Shown: in pieces, positions 61,574-64,000 of the stretch
Layout: every line of letters begins with the position of its first letter
How positions within the stretch are numbered: the first letter of the stretch is position 1
NCBI RefSeq assembly: GCF_009914755.1
Contig: NC_060928.1
DNA length: 64,000 bases
Origin: the human T2T-CHM13v2.0 reference genome, Homo sapiens
Strand: one strand, 5' to 3'
Program-made: the position numbers and the translations under genes
Notes under the pieces: generated by a model
Told to the model about the DNA's origin: nothing
Seen by the model: the letters and a program-made list of their open reading frames with translations, nothing else
The model's database searches: none

Positions 61574-64000
61574 TACATCCAGGCAAAGTGAGCATTGTAA
61601 GTCTCATTTTATGTAAGAGGAAACTGAGGCTCAGTTCATTGTGATTGGCTTAGAGTAGAACCCAGCCTTGTCTAACTCAAAAGCCTGTGAAGAAGGATCT
61701 TTCACCATTCACATGGTGTAGAGGGCTTGTAGAGATGTTAACATTCAGGAATCCAGTTTAAATACACAGTTTAAGTACACTCATTTATTCCACAAATACT
61801 TATTGAGATTTTATTAAGTTCCAGGTATTGTTATAAGAACTGAGTCTACGTAAATAAACAAAACCAATAGAGGGCCCCTATTCTCATGGAGTTCTTCTAT
61901 CTTTTCAGGGGTACGTAGTTAACTACTCTTGTAAGGATAAATACATAAATGCCTGTTATTGTAAGTCCTCAAAGTTTACTTTAAGAAAAGAAAAATAATA
62001 ATTATAAAAAAATTAGAACAGAATGCAGCCATTTGCATTCTTGCATTTTGTCTCTAATGAATAGTTGCAAAGATATTTCTTATAGAGACATACTTTCAAC
62101 CCCATCTTCAAAAGATAAAATCATTCCTCTCCAGTAGACTTAGTCCCTGAAGATTCTTTCTGAAGACTCACCAAAAGGCATCTCCTAACTCCCCTGTCTT
62201 GGAGTTAGGATCTCTGACTGCAGAAAATACTTAATTACACTGAGAACGAAAAATAGCTAAGACTATTTTCATCTTTGTAGTGAAGCCACTTAAAATACTG
62301 ATTGCATGAGAAACAAAGGTATGCTATTTCCAGGAACTGACTTTTTTATGATTCATATTTCTAACATTGTTATTAGTCAGCAGAGAATTAAACATGATCT
62401 CTGAGTGTTTATCTATTTTAAGAAATGCAAACTAATGAAGAGTAACATTTATGTATCTAATTAATAGTTAATGTTGCAGTCCCTCCTCAATATATGCTTT
62501 CTTTCATTATAAAACATAATTAAACCATCTACTATTTATTGTCCTAGGTACCAACTAATGAGACTTGTGGTACTTAATCTGTACTTGATCTCATCTCTCT
62601 GGCAGCCTCTCTGCTTTATTCACATTAATTTTGGTTCTAACAGTCACTACAGATTCTTCCATTCATTACTAACCCCAACTTAGCTTGGATGCACCTGTTC
62701 GTATTACAAACGCATCTCAAAGTGAAAGACAATCATACTCAATTTCCACTCTTCCTGAGAGTGAAATATCTGTCAGTCAAGTGGAGAACTTCACTGTGGA
62801 ATTTTCAGTTTCCTTTAAACTAGGCTTAATGTAACTAGACTTGCCCAGATGTGCCTGAGAAAGAGTGTCAAAAGGAAAATACCAAAATACAGGCACTAAT
62901 GAAGCCAAGAATAGTTGCTTATTGTTCTTGACTCTTAGATCCTTTTTTTAATGACATGATAGGCTGACAAGAATTTAAGTGCTTGCCTTTCTTGACAAAG
63001 GCTAACTCAGTGTGTTGACATAATTGTGCAAAAGTACCTTACTGAAGTGCCAAATACAACAACGAAGTATAAGACCCGATTGATGTTGCATTGACAAATA
63101 CAATTCAATCTTTCTTAAGATTTGGCAGGTAATAAAAATTATTCCTGAGAGATTTTAGAAATTCACACCATGTGAGACAAATCTTGCCTTCATTTCACTT
63201 GACATTTTCATGTTTTATGCTTTCTGTCTTTTGGACATCATCTACTGTGGTATCAACTTTCCATTATTTACTCAACTCTTATTGATATTTTTATTCCTCT
63301 TTTTACTATATTTTACTTATAGCCTGAGGTCTGTAGGACTGGAAGGAAGCCTCACATTCAGAATTTGCAAAAGAGAAAGGTCATTTAAATAAAACTTTCA
63401 ATAGCCCAACTTCCTGACTTTTGGGTTGGAAGTTATTCTGCCAACTTTCTCCAAGTACAAGAAGTGACCTCAGATGGTAGAGACCATTGCCATCACATTA
63501 AATAGATGACTCATGCTTTGTGTATTTCCAGGATGGAGAGTTATTTCCTCCTGCGTTGCTTTCCATGTAGGCAGAGCAGAGAGGTCATCCTCTCACTACT
63601 CCCTGACTTCAAAGGAAATTCTAAATTTCAAAGTAAATATTATACATACACACACATATAAAAATTTATTTAGATTTCTGTATCTAGATTTCCATATAAA
63701 TCTTATCTACATTACTACATATAGAAATTTAAATAAGAAATAGATATAGAAACTTACCTAGAGACATCTATCTATATCTTGAAATTTTGAAAAAAAATGG
63801 CAGTTATTAAATTCACAGTGTAGAAGAACAAATACTGAACTGTAAGTTAGAAAACCAGGTCACTTACTAGTCAAAGGTCCTTGAACAACACATGAAACAT
63901 CACTAAACCCAGAGTAGTTTACTCATTGGTATAATAATGATAATAACTCCTGTCCTATGTACTAGGTGATTGCAATCATAAAATAAAGTAATTATATGTA

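Overview
Primate (human-like) nuclear DNA: AT-rich, CpG-depleted and dominated by interspersed repeats (about 20 Alus, three larger L1s, L2/MIR remnants, MaLR/ERVL LTRs, hAT and Tc1/mariner relics), plus two large minisatellites. I recognise no known protein-coding gene, RNA gene, CpG island or CRISPR array. Most listed ORFs come from Alu, L1 or low-complexity sequence. Repeat subfamily names are recalled from consensus sequences and need RepeatMasker/Dfam confirmation. The most interesting signals are: (1) an Hsmar2-type mariner shell (37345-38098) whose interior is replaced by filler, including a ~90% copy of DNA 2.3 kb downstream; (2) an old ~170-bp inverted duplication (7480-7645 / 8794-8963) covering a candidate 40-nt exon and its donor; (3) a chain of minus-strand splice-site-bounded segments that can be joined into a 163-codon ORF of unknown identity; (4) a 2.6-kb palindrome-rich AT minisatellite and a 32-bp VNTR with higher-order structure; (5) a twin-primed L1. 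None of this establishes a new biological system without expression and comparative data.
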